A stretch of 32,000 bases of DNA, from NCBI RefSeq assembly GCF_016127575.1, contig NZ_CP066019.1, forward strand, positions 1,530,001 through 1,562,000, read 5' to 3'. This stretch comes from Cupriavidus necator (GTDB taxonomy: Bacteria; Pseudomonadota; Gammaproteobacteria; Burkholderiales; Burkholderiaceae). Positions 9,314 through 16,894 of this stretch are shown here, piece by piece (the first letter of the stretch is position 1; every line of letters begins with the position of its first letter). Under the pieces are notes generated by a model. It searched no databases and was not told the origin of the DNA. It saw only the letters and a list, made by a program, of their open reading frames with translations. The position numbers and the translations under genes were made by a program.

Positions 9314-9332
9314 AATTCCACTGTATGGAATT
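9314..9332. promoter_or_regulatory. inverted repeat AATTCCA-N5-TGGAATT, candidate operator immediately downstream of the putative -10 of the Bug-ECH-ACS-hydrolase-PrpD operon
   Basis: Read directly at 9314-9332. It lies 111-129 nt upstream of the Bug start at 9203. A related ATTCCA-N3-TGGAAT occurs at 16680-16694. Confidence 0.4.
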
Positions 9333-9357
9333 CATAGGGCGCCATCCCGCGCGGCAA
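9331..9357 (-). promoter_or_regulatory. putative sigma-70-type promoter (TTGCCG-N15-TATGAA) for the operon starting at 9203
   Basis: Minus-strand reading gives TTGCCG (9357-9352), a 15-nt spacer and TATGAA (9336-9331). This is by eye only and the spacer is shorter than optimal. Confidence 0.3.
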
Positions 9358-9396
9358 AAAAGGAGGCCCTGCAGAGCCCACAAACTCTGCAGGGCC
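9356..9396 (-). terminator. rho-independent terminator downstream of the SMP-30/gluconolactonase gene
   Basis: Perfect 12-bp stem GGCCCTGCAGAG (9365-9376) / CTCTGCAGGGCC (9385-9396) with an 8-nt loop. On the minus strand it is followed by TCCTTTTTTG (A6 at 9356-9361 on the plus strand). It lies 125 nt after the stop at 9521. Confidence 0.75.
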
Positions 9397-9520
9397 AACC
9401 GTATCCCCAAACCAGTCCCAGACCGCCAGCCCCCGGGAAATCAGGACTGCAAACCGACGACGGACCTGGGTCCGGCGAGCACATTACTCAGGCCTGAGGC
9501 GCTTCAATGGGTGCTTGCCG

Positions 9521-10480
9521 TCAGCCGCCGGCCGCGCCTTGCGTATTGACATAAAGCGTATAGATCGACGTACAGGACGCCATGAACAGCCGATTGCGAT
9601 GGCGCCCCCCGAAACACAGGTTGGCACAGCGCTCTGGCAGGCTGATATGGCCGATGGGTTCGCCGTCCGGGGCAAAGATGCGCACGCCGTCGAGTTCGGG
9701 CGTGCCCATGCCCCAGCCGCACCACAGGTTGCCATCAATATCGACACGGAAGCCATCCGGGGTGCCGGGCCCGGCGTCAACCAGTACTCGGCTGTTGCCC
9801 AGCGCCTCGCCGCCTTCACTGACCTGAAAAGCGCGGATGCGGCGAGGCCGGGTGCGCGACTCGATCACATACAGCAATTCCTCGTCAGGCGAGAATGCCA
9901 GGCCATTGGGCCCGCTGACGTCATCGGCGACGATGTCAAGGCGGCCGCTGGCCGGATCGATGCGGTAAATGCGCTCCGGCAGTTCCGAAGTTGCCTTCTC
10001 GCCCTGGTAGTAGCCGGCGATACCGAACGGCGGATCGGTGAACCAGATCGAGTCGTCCGATTTCACCACCACGTCATTGGGCGAATTCAGCGGCTTGCCG
10101 TCATAGCGGTCCGCCAGCACGGTGATGCTGCCGTCATACTCGGTGCGCGTGACACGCCGGCCGACATGTTCACAGGTCACCAGCCTTCCCTGGCGGTCGC
10201 GGGTATTGCCATTGGCATGGTTTGACGGGCTACGGAACATGCTGGTGTTACCGGTCTCCTCATCCCAGCGCAGGATCCGGTCGTTCGGGACGTCGCTCCA
10301 CAGCAGGTAGCGGCCATCACCGAACCAGACCGGGCCTTCGCTCCAGCGGCAGCCGGTGGCAATGCGGTCGATCGCGGCAAGGGGCAGGTGGTATTTCTCG
10401 AAGCGCGGGCTCAGTGCCTGGACGCGCGCATCCGGATAGCGCACCGGCTCGGCCGGCGCAAGGAAAGTGTGCATGGTCAT
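9521..10480 (-). CDS. SMP-30/gluconolactonase/LRE family protein (lactonase-like beta-propeller)
   Basis: 319-aa ORF with typical repeats (EGPVWFGDGRYLLWSDVPNDRILRWD, SPNDVVVKSDDSIWFTDP, GPNGLAFSPDE, PDGFRVDIDGNLW). There is no obvious SD, and an alternative ATG lies 2 codons downstream. Confidence 0.85.
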   Translation of the reverse strand: MTMHTFLAPAEPVRYPDARVQALSPRFEKYHLPLAAIDRIATGCRWSEGPVWFGDGRYLLWSDVPNDRILRWDEETGNTSMFRSPSNHANGNTRDRQGRLVTCEHVGRRVTRTEYDGSITVLADRYDGKPLNSPNDVVVKSDDSIWFTDPPFGIAGYYQGEKATSELPERIYRIDPASGRLDIVADDVSGPNGLAFSPDEELLYVIESRTRPRRIRAFQVSEGGEALGNSRVLVDAGPGTPDGFRVDIDGNLWCGWGMGTPELDGVRIFAPDGEPIGHISLPERCANLCFGGRHRNRLFMASCTSIYTLYVNTQGAAGG

Positions 10481-10552
10481 GGTTCAGCCCAGAGGATCCG
10501 AAAAGAGGGTTAACCGTGGCGACGGGACGGGGTAACCGACAACACGGCACGC

Positions 10553-10567
10553 AGCAATGAGTCATTG
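10553..10567. promoter_or_regulatory. perfect 15-bp palindrome GCAATGA-G-TCATTGC in the 144-nt gap between the SDR and lactonase genes
   Basis: Read directly. It lies 73-87 nt upstream of the lactonase start. The function (operator or internal promoter region) is inferred. Confidence 0.3.
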
Positions 10568-10624
10568 CCAGCCGCAGCTTGCAGCCATCCCAGCGGCGAA
10601 CGGTCGTCCGGCACCGGATGCTGA

Positions 10625-11425
10625 TCAGTCGCAGCGTACGCTCATGCCACCGTCGACCACGATCTCCGTGCCGGTGACGAAGCGCGCCTCGTCGGATGCC
10701 AGGAACAGCGCCGCATTGGCGGTATCGCGGCCATCGCCCATGAACCCGAGCGGAATACGTGCCTGGCGCTGGGCCAGCAGTGAGTCGACATCACCGCCCG
10801 CACGTTGCCCGGCAAGGCGCGCCTCCACCATGGGCGTATGCATCTGGCCGGGGATCACCGTGTTGACGCGAATGTTCTTCCTGGCGTACTCGACCGCGAC
10901 CACGCGCGAGAGTTGAATGATTGCCGCCTTGGCCGAGGCGTAGCCGACCTGGGCCGAACCGGTCCAGCGCATGCCCGAAGTCGACGCGGTATTGACGATG
11001 GCGCCGCCGCCCTGCCGCTCCATGTGCGGCAGCACGTGCTTGCAGGTCAGGAAGACACTCTTCAGGTTGAAGTTGAGCTGGCGGTCCCAGTCTTCTTCGC
11101 TAAGCTGCACCGGGCCACCCCTGGCCGAGCCGCCGACGTTGTTGACCAGCACATCCACGCGCCCGAAGCGCGCCACGCAGGCATCGACCATGGCCTTGAC
11201 CGCGGCGGTGTCGGTCACGTCGCACAGGTGCGAGTCAAACTCTGCACCCGCGGCGTCCAGCCGCTCCAGCGTTTCACGCATCGCGTCAGCGCTTTTGTCG
11301 ACGGCAAAGATCTTTGCGCCTTCCTGTGCAAAGCGCACCGCAACGGCGCGGCCATTGCCCCAACCGGGGCCGACGCAACCCGCGCCGGTAACGATGACAA
11401 CCTTTCCTTCGAGACGGCCTGACAT
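10625..11425 (-). CDS. SDR family NAD(P)-dependent oxidoreductase
   Basis: 266-aa ORF with the cofactor motif VTGAGCVGPGWG, then NNVG, and a catalytic YASAK (YxxxK). AAGGA sits 7 nt upstream of the ATG. Confidence 0.9.
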   Translation of the reverse strand: MSGRLEGKVVIVTGAGCVGPGWGNGRAVAVRFAQEGAKIFAVDKSADAMRETLERLDAAGAEFDSHLCDVTDTAAVKAMVDACVARFGRVDVLVNNVGGSARGGPVQLSEEDWDRQLNFNLKSVFLTCKHVLPHMERQGGGAIVNTASTSGMRWTGSAQVGYASAKAAIIQLSRVVAVEYARKNIRVNTVIPGQMHTPMVEARLAGQRAGGDVDSLLAQRQARIPLGFMGDGRDTANAALFLASDEARFVTGTEIVVDGGMSVRCD

Positions 11426-11467
11426 ACGGAATCCTTTTGTGTTTCGGGGTAACGGTTTGAACGGAAT

Positions 11468-12022
11468 TCAGGCGCGCACCAGCTCCGGCGCGCTGCCGGC
11501 CGGGGGCATGACACCAAAAGCGTTGATCGTCATCGAGATCAGCGTGTAGTAGCCCGCCAGTCCAACGAGGTCCACCACCTGGTCCTTGCCCAGCACCGCC
11601 ATCGCGCGCTGGTACAGTTGGTCCGGCACATTGCGCGTGGCGTGCAGCACAGTCAGGAACTCATGGATCACGCGCTCATCCTCCTTGACGAAGGCCGGCT
11701 CACGGCCGGTGCGGATCGCCTCGACCACGTCTTCGGCCACACCTGCCTTCAGCGCGATGGGCTTGTGTGCCCACCATTCGAATTCGGACATCCAGATGCG
11801 GGCCATCACCAGGATGGCCAGCTCCGACAGCCGCGGCGGCAACGACGAGTCATAGCGGCAGTACTGGCCCAGCGCCTGCGCGCGGTTGGCCAGGCCCGGG
11901 CGGTGCAGCCACATCGCAAGCGGCCCGCGAACCTGCCCGCGCGGACCGGCGGCAATGGCCGCGTGGACTTCCTGCTGCTCGGGCGTCAGTTCTTCGGGTT
12001 TCAGTGGCTTGAGGCGTTCCAT
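11468..12022 (-). CDS. carboxymuconolactone decarboxylase (AhpD-like) family protein
   Basis: 184-aa ORF with a family-like helical pattern (LSELAILVMARIWMSEFEWWAHKPIALKAG). GGAG sits 10 nt upstream of the ATG. Confidence 0.8.
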   Translation of the reverse strand: MERLKPLKPEELTPEQQEVHAAIAAGPRGQVRGPLAMWLHRPGLANRAQALGQYCRYDSSLPPRLSELAILVMARIWMSEFEWWAHKPIALKAGVAEDVVEAIRTGREPAFVKEDERVIHEFLTVLHATRNVPDQLYQRAMAVLGKDQVVDLVGLAGYYTLISMTINAFGVMPPAGSAPELVRA

Positions 12023-12162
12023 TCGCTTGCGCTCCGTGTCGATGGTCGGAAGCGGAACGCAGGCCAGGGCACCGATGGGGCGCGATGCGACTGGGTCGGC
12101 CGGGCTGTCTCCGCTTCATTGTTGGTTTGATGAAAGCTATTCTGGTCGCCGGCATTCCGGCT

Positions 12163-13548
12163 TCAGGCGACGGATTCGGCGGCGGCGAGGATGTGGCGCA
12201 CCGGCGTCGTCGCCAGCTTGCCAAATGCGTCGATCAGCACCTCAACCTGCGCGGGCGCAAGCACGTCCGCCGTCAAGGCGCGGAACTTGTCCCGGATGGC
12301 TGCCATGCGCGCCGGATTCTCCGCGGAACCCGACGGGTTGGCCTGGTACGCACGCAGCGGCTCACCGTTCTTCGACATCAGCTCCACCCAGCCACAGAAG
12401 CTGGCCGGATACAGCGCGTCGAGTTCGGGGTCGCGTACGATCTCGATCGCGTTGGCCAGCGCGATGATCTTCGGATCCGCCAGGCGGGCCTGCCCGAACT
12501 GCGCCGGCAGCACCTCGCCATCCAGCAGCGCCACCGCCAGCGCGTAACGGGCGCTCATCTGCGCGTTCAGCACACTGCCCGGCGCATAGCGGTAGCCGCA
12601 TTGCACATCGACAACGGCCGGCATGCCGACGCGAATCGGCCCCTGCCCCGCCCAGTCGGCACGCAGCCGCAGCGCACCATCGACATGCGCATGGGCACTG
12701 CCGCAGCAAGCATAGGGCTTGAAGTTGGTCCGGGGCATGTGCCAGTCGCTGCCCAACCCTGCCAGCAGCCTTTCCGGTTTGGGCGACTCCGAGAACGCCT
12801 TGAGCCAGCCGCCGTCCCCGGTCTCGAACAACTGCGTCGGGCCGGTCAGGCCGCGCGCCGCCAGTTCGGCAGCCATCACGCCGGCCTGAGCGCCGCGCCC
12901 CGGATGGAAGCGCTTCGAATCCGCGCCGTCGCAAGCGAACGCAAACAGTCCGCCCGACTGGGTGCCGGCAAGACCCAGCGCCCACGCCGTGCGCTCGGCG
13001 TCGAGCCCCAGCATCACCGCCGATGCCGCGGCTCCGCCCAGTGGCGCGCACACGGCGGTCATATGCCATCCCTTCATCCTGGCCAGCGCCGGCTGCAGCG
13101 CCAGTGAGCAGCGGATCATGGTTTCGTAGCCGACGGCAATAGCGGTTTCGACCCGCTCGGGCGGCACCTCGAGCGTCTCCGCCAACGCGAAGACCGCCGG
13201 CAATACGACCGCGCCCAAGTGGACCTTTGCATTATGGAAGTCGTCCAGCTCGTACGCGTGTGCAGCGGCGCCATTGACCAGCGCGGCATCGGCGGCGCGG
13301 TACGTCCTGCCCCGCCGGCCCCATGCGCGTGCCCCGCCATCGCACGGAGCGAGGTAACCATCGTCGGCCCAGCCACGGATAGCCTGCGACCAGGGCTCGT
13401 CATGCCCGGTCAGGCCGGCGCCGAACGTATCCAGCGAGAGTCCGGCGACCGCCTGCCGCACCGCGTCCGGCAGGTCGGCGTTGCGGATGCCGGCGATCCA
13501 TCCGGCGAGCTCCCGGGTGATGGCCATCGATTGCGTTTGTTGATGCAT
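12163..13548 (-). CDS. MmgE/PrpD family protein, paralogue 2
   Basis: The ORF is open to a TTG at 13581. I prefer ATG 13548, which has AAGGA 10 nt upstream, and ATG 13527 is also possible. Family stretches are NGAAAHAYELDD and FKPYACCGSAHAHVDG. It is divergent from paralogue 1. Confidence 0.85.
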   Translation of the reverse strand: MHQQTQSMAITRELAGWIAGIRNADLPDAVRQAVAGLSLDTFGAGLTGHDEPWSQAIRGWADDGYLAPCDGGARAWGRRGRTYRAADAALVNGAAAHAYELDDFHNAKVHLGAVVLPAVFALAETLEVPPERVETAIAVGYETMIRCSLALQPALARMKGWHMTAVCAPLGGAAASAVMLGLDAERTAWALGLAGTQSGGLFAFACDGADSKRFHPGRGAQAGVMAAELAARGLTGPTQLFETGDGGWLKAFSESPKPERLLAGLGSDWHMPRTNFKPYACCGSAHAHVDGALRLRADWAGQGPIRVGMPAVVDVQCGYRYAPGSVLNAQMSARYALAVALLDGEVLPAQFGQARLADPKIIALANAIEIVRDPELDALYPASFCGWVELMSKNGEPLRAYQANPSGSAENPARMAAIRDKFRALTADVLAPAQVEVLIDAFGKLATTPVRHILAAAESVA

Positions 13549-13577
13549 GCTTGCTTGTCCTTGTCCCTGCCCTTCGC

Positions 13578-14582
13578 TCAATCGATACGGATGCTGGCTG
13601 CCTTGACGATGCCCGCGACCTTGTCGATCTCATCCTTGATCACCACCTTGAACTGTTCAGGCGTGGACTGCACGGTTTCAAAGGCCAGTTCGTCGAAGCG
13701 CGTCTTAAGACTGGCTTCGCGCACGGCCTTGTTGACCTCCTGCGACAGCTTGCGGGTGATGTCCGCAGGCAGGTTGGCGGGACCCCAGAGCCCGTACCAC
13801 GACAGCAGCTCGAACCCGGGCAGGCCACTCTCGGCAACGGTCGGCACGCCGGGAAGCTGCGGAATACGCTTGCTGCTGGTGACCGCCAGCACCTTCAGCC
13901 GCCCCGCCTTGACGAACGGATATGCGCCTGGCATCGGCGACACCGCCGCCGACACGTGACCGCCCATCACGTCGTTCAACTGCGGCACGGCGCCCTTGTA
14001 GGACACGATATCCATCTCCAGCTTGAAGGCGTGGCGGATCATCTCCTCGGCCAGGTGGCTGGTGGTGCCTAGCCCGGAGGTGGCCCAGGTGTAGGTCCGC
14101 GGCTTGGCTTTCGCCAGCTTGACCAGGTCGCGCAGCGAGCTGGTGGGGAGGCTGGTGTTGGCGACGACGATCAGCGGCACATGCCCCACCTGTGCGATCG
14201 GGGTGAAATCCCTGATGGCGTCGTAAGGGGCGTTCTTCGCGACCAGCGGCAGGTAGACCTGGCTGGAGGCATTGAAGAGCAGCGTATAGCCGTCAGCCGA
14301 TGCCTTCGCCACCGCTTCGGACCCGATCATGCCCGACGCGCCCGGTCGGTTCTCGATAACGATCGCTTGCCCAAGCTGACGCTGCAGCTGTGCAGCCACC
14401 AGGCGCCCGACTGTATCGATCGAGCCGCCCGGGGTGTAAGGGATGATCATCTTGATCGGGCGATTGGGATACGCCTCGCTCGCGAACGCCGCCGGCTGCG
14501 ATCCGACCATCATGGCCATCATCGCGATCGCGCCGATCCCACCCAGCGCCGCACGCCGCCCTGTTCTGCCTGTCCTGTTCAT
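13578..14582 (-). CDS. Bug/TctC-family periplasmic substrate-binding protein
   Basis: I take the start at ATG 14582 (AAGGAGA 6 nt upstream), not the upstream extension to 14690. There is a twin-arginine-like signal peptide (MNRTGRTGRRAALGG ... AFASEA) and then the signature NRPIKMIIPYTPGGSID. Confidence 0.9.
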   Translation of the reverse strand: MNRTGRTGRRAALGGIGAIAMMAMMVGSQPAAFASEAYPNRPIKMIIPYTPGGSIDTVGRLVAAQLQRQLGQAIVIENRPGASGMIGSEAVAKASADGYTLLFNASSQVYLPLVAKNAPYDAIRDFTPIAQVGHVPLIVVANTSLPTSSLRDLVKLAKAKPRTYTWATSGLGTTSHLAEEMIRHAFKLEMDIVSYKGAVPQLNDVMGGHVSAAVSPMPGAYPFVKAGRLKVLAVTSSKRIPQLPGVPTVAESGLPGFELLSWYGLWGPANLPADITRKLSQEVNKAVREASLKTRFDELAFETVQSTPEQFKVVIKDEIDKVAGIVKAASIRID

Positions 14583-14708
14583 GGCTGTCTCCTTGGTTTT
14601 TGCGCGGTCTCCAAAGGCTTCCGGATTCTTTCGTCCGCATGCCGCCGCGCTATGCAGGCCACTGTAGGGACGGGCCGGCAGACCGTCCAATACTGTTTCG
14701 CACCATGA

Positions 14709-14736
14709 GTTATAGGGCTGGCATATGACACGGCAG
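14709..14736 (-). promoter_or_regulatory. putative promoter (CTGCCG-N16-TATAAC) of the Bug-PrpD cluster, inside the LysR divergent region
   Basis: Minus-strand TATAAC lies at 14714-14709, embedded in the conserved block GAGTTATAGGGCTGGC (14707-14722), which recurs at 16703-16718. The -35 is weak, as expected for an activator-dependent promoter. ATA-N9-TAT (14712-14726) resembles a LysR T-N11-A box. Confidence 0.3.
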
Positions 14737-14797
14737 CGCGCTACCCCGGGTTGGTTGCGGCTATCCTAGTACCTTGTCCCGCAAGGAAATCAGCACC

Positions 14798-15685
14798 ATG
14801 GAACTCCGGCAACTGCTCTATTTCGTGACCGTCGCGGATGAGTTGAACTTCAGCAAGGCGGCGGTGCGGCTGCACATGTCGCAGCCACCGCTCTCCCAGC
14901 AAATCAAGGCACTGGAAGACGAGATGGGCGTGGAGCTGTTGGTGCGCAATCGCCGGGAAGTCCGCCTGACCGACGCGGGCCGTGCCTTCCAGGCAGACTG
15001 CCGCGCCGTGCTCGAACAGGTGCGCGTAGCCGTGACCACCGCGCGGCGCACGGCGGCCGGCGACATCGGCACACTGCAGATCGGCATGGTGACGTCAGGC
15101 ATCTTCCATGTGCTGCCTACCATCCTGACGCGCATGGCAGAGCGTTTTCCCGGACTGCATATCGCCGTGACCGACATGGGCTCGGCCGACCAGGCGCATG
15201 CCGTGATGCAGGGCAAGCTCGATATCGGCATCGTGCATTCGATCCCGACGCGCAGCGGCCTCGGCAAGACGCCGATCTTCACCGAGTATTTCACTATCGT
15301 CGTGCCCGAGGGCCACGAACTCGCCGCAAGGCCGGCGCTGGCGCTCCGCGACCTCGAGGGCGTGCCGCTGGTGGCATTCTCGCGTGAGCACGCGCCGGCG
15401 CTGTTCGACGGCATGATCGCCTCATGCCTGCATGCCGGCTTCAGTCCCGTCATTGCGCATACGGCGCGCAATCCGCTGACCACTTTCCAGATGGTCAAGC
15501 TCGGCCTGGGCGTGGCGCTGGTGCCGCGTTCCTACGCCCGCGCCGGGCTGCCAGGCGTGGTGTTCCGCGAGATCGGCCAGACCGCTGGCCACATCCAGCT
15601 CTATGCAATCTGGCGTGAGCAGGCGCCCAGCGATCTGGTCATGCGGGTCGTGAGCGAAGTGATGAGCGAACCGATCGGCTACTAA
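14798..15685 (+). CDS. LysR family transcriptional regulator
   Basis: The ATG at 14798 gives MELRQLLYFVTVADELNFSKAAVRLHMSQPPLSQQIKALEDEMGVELLVRN, a canonical LysR HTH. The ORF track's TTG at 14774 is a less likely start. The gene is divergent from the Bug gene at 14582. Confidence 0.9.
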   Translation: MELRQLLYFVTVADELNFSKAAVRLHMSQPPLSQQIKALEDEMGVELLVRNRREVRLTDAGRAFQADCRAVLEQVRVAVTTARRTAAGDIGTLQIGMVTSGIFHVLPTILTRMAERFPGLHIAVTDMGSADQAHAVMQGKLDIGIVHSIPTRSGLGKTPIFTEYFTIVVPEGHELAARPALALRDLEGVPLVAFSREHAPALFDGMIASCLHAGFSPVIAHTARNPLTTFQMVKLGLGVALVPRSYARAGLPGVVFREIGQTAGHIQLYAIWREQAPSDLVMRVVSEVMSEPIGY

Positions 15686-15713
15686 GCCGCATCTCGGCAC
15701 CGTCATGCCGCCT

Positions 15714-16598
15714 TCAAGCCACCGTGCTTCGCGCCGGAGACAGCGCAGCCACATAGTCGATGATCGCCGCCACAACCTCGTCCAGCCGCTCCGGGAGCAA
15801 GGCATGCGCGGCATCGCGGATGGTGAGGTTGGTCACGCGCTCACCCAGGTAGTCACGCAGCACATTGGCATAGCGCTGCGGTGCAATCACATCGTACTCA
15901 GCCTGCACATTCAGGATCGGCACGTTGCCGCCAGCGAAGAAGTCATCGACCGGTGTGCGCTTCTGAGCCAGCGTCTGCATCGTCATCAGCTCCGTGTTCC
16001 AGCCTTGCAGCCACGGTGCAGGATCATTGCACGGCGCGAAGAATACGGCGCGCAGGCTTTCCAGGCGCACCGCGTCCGGCAGGCTGGTATCGCCGCAGCG
16101 CTCGATCTGGGCGCGTACCTCCGGCGGAATCGGCACGGCATCGACGTCCTTCGGCACCTTGCCCGCCGAGCCGGCCAGCAGGACCAGCGCGCGCACCAGG
16201 TCGGGCCGGTCGCTGGCCACGGTGCGGGCGATCCAGTTGCCATGGGCATGCCCGACGATCACGACCGGCGCCTGGCCGGCATGCTCGATCACGGCCGCGA
16301 TATCGCCTGCCCAGTCGTGCAACGTCTTGTCGGCAAGCGGGCCGACGCTGCGGCCATTGCCGCGCGGCTCCGGGCAGAGCACGCGATAACCGGCAGCCGC
16401 AAGCGGCTCGGCCAGTTCCAGCATGTCAGTTGCGCCGCGGCCGAGCGACGGCAGCAAGACGATGGCCGGGCCGGCACCCAGCTCGTAGACCTCGATGGAG
16501 ATCGCCGCCGAGCGCGTTACTTCATAGCGCCGGACTGCGCTCTGCTTGTCGCCGGCGTGCGATGTTGCCTGCGCTTGCTGCTCGGTGTTGCCTGGCAT
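15714..16598 (-). CDS. alpha/beta hydrolase fold protein with atypical nucleophile elbow (GHAHG)
   Basis: 294-aa ORF with GAGGAG 8 nt upstream of the ATG. The fold pattern is IVLLPSLGRG ... VVIVGHAHGNW ... NVQAEYDVIAP ... RDAAHALLPE. Alanine (codon 16245-16247) sits where the catalytic Ser, Asp or Cys normally lies. Confidence 0.8.
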   Translation of the reverse strand: MPGNTEQQAQATSHAGDKQSAVRRYEVTRSAAISIEVYELGAGPAIVLLPSLGRGATDMLELAEPLAAAGYRVLCPEPRGNGRSVGPLADKTLHDWAGDIAAVIEHAGQAPVVIVGHAHGNWIARTVASDRPDLVRALVLLAGSAGKVPKDVDAVPIPPEVRAQIERCGDTSLPDAVRLESLRAVFFAPCNDPAPWLQGWNTELMTMQTLAQKRTPVDDFFAGGNVPILNVQAEYDVIAPQRYANVLRDYLGERVTNLTIRDAAHALLPERLDEVVAAIIDYVAALSPARSTVA

Positions 16599-16679
16599 GG
16601 CCTGGTCTCCTCAGTGTGCTGGTCAGGACAACGGCGTCCTGCACCTTGTGCGCACCACTTTACCGAGGCCATTATTTAA

Positions 16680-16694
16680 ATTCCAATATGGAAT
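16680..16694. promoter_or_regulatory. inverted repeat ATTCCA-N3-TGGAAT downstream of the putative hydrolase promoter
   Basis: Read directly at 16680-16694. It has the same half-sites as the repeat at 9314-9332 but different spacing. Confidence 0.35.
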
Positions 16695-16704
16695 CTGACT
16701 GAGA

Positions 16705-16731
16705 GTTATAGGGCTGGCGTGCAACAAGCAA
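16705..16731 (-). promoter_or_regulatory. putative sigma-70-type promoter (TTGCTT-N15-TATAAC) for the alpha/beta hydrolase gene
   Basis: Minus-strand TTGCTT lies at 16731-16726 and TATAAC at 16710-16705. The site is ~107 nt upstream of ATG 16598 and embedded in the conserved block at 16703-16718. Confidence 0.3.
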
Positions 16732-16855
16732 GCCCTGGAGAACGCGCAGAAGGCAAACGGATTGAAGAGCAAATGAGAAGTGTCGGGGGAAGACTCCTGG
16801 TAGCCCGTGGCACCCACTTCCCGCGGCGAAGGCCACTCCAACCTCGCCAACTGGC

Positions 16856-16882
16856 ACCGGGCACGCCATTGCAGCGTGCCCG
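16856..16882 (-). other. perfect 10-bp GC-rich stem-loop just after the Bug stop codon (terminator-like, no U-tract)
   Basis: CCGGGCACGC (16856-16865), a 7-nt loop, GCGTGCCCGG (16873-16882). On the minus strand it is followed by TGCCAGTTGG, which is not U-rich. Confidence 0.35.
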
Positions 16883-16894
16883 GCTTGCAGACGC

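Noticed and set aside
10540-10575. Possible minus-strand sigma-54 promoter TGGCAA-N7-TTGCT overlapping the 15-bp palindrome.
   Set aside because: The GG to GC spacing is 12 nt rather than the required 10.
14583-14690. N-terminal extensions offered by the ORF track: Bug gene to 14690, response regulator to 31968, fdoG to 21598, CoA-transferase to 19271 and LysR to 14774.
   Set aside because: In each case an internal ATG gives the canonical family N-terminus (signal peptide, receiver domain, Tat motif or HTH). For the Bug gene, the CoA-transferase and fdoG (weak GAGA only) that ATG also has an SD-like sequence, whereas I found none for the response regulator or LysR. The extensions have atypical composition.
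16851-16866. Sigma-54-like -24/-12 spacing on the plus strand: TGGCAC-N7-GC at 16851-16866 and TGGCGT-N7-GCA at 16715-16730.
   Set aside because: Both point into the antisense strand of the Bug gene, with no plus-strand coding potential downstream. The -12 elements lack the TTGC consensus. The first overlaps the 10-bp stem-loop, which explains its sequence. The similar CTGGC strings at 14718 and 19304 have GG-N11-GC spacing, which is off by one.
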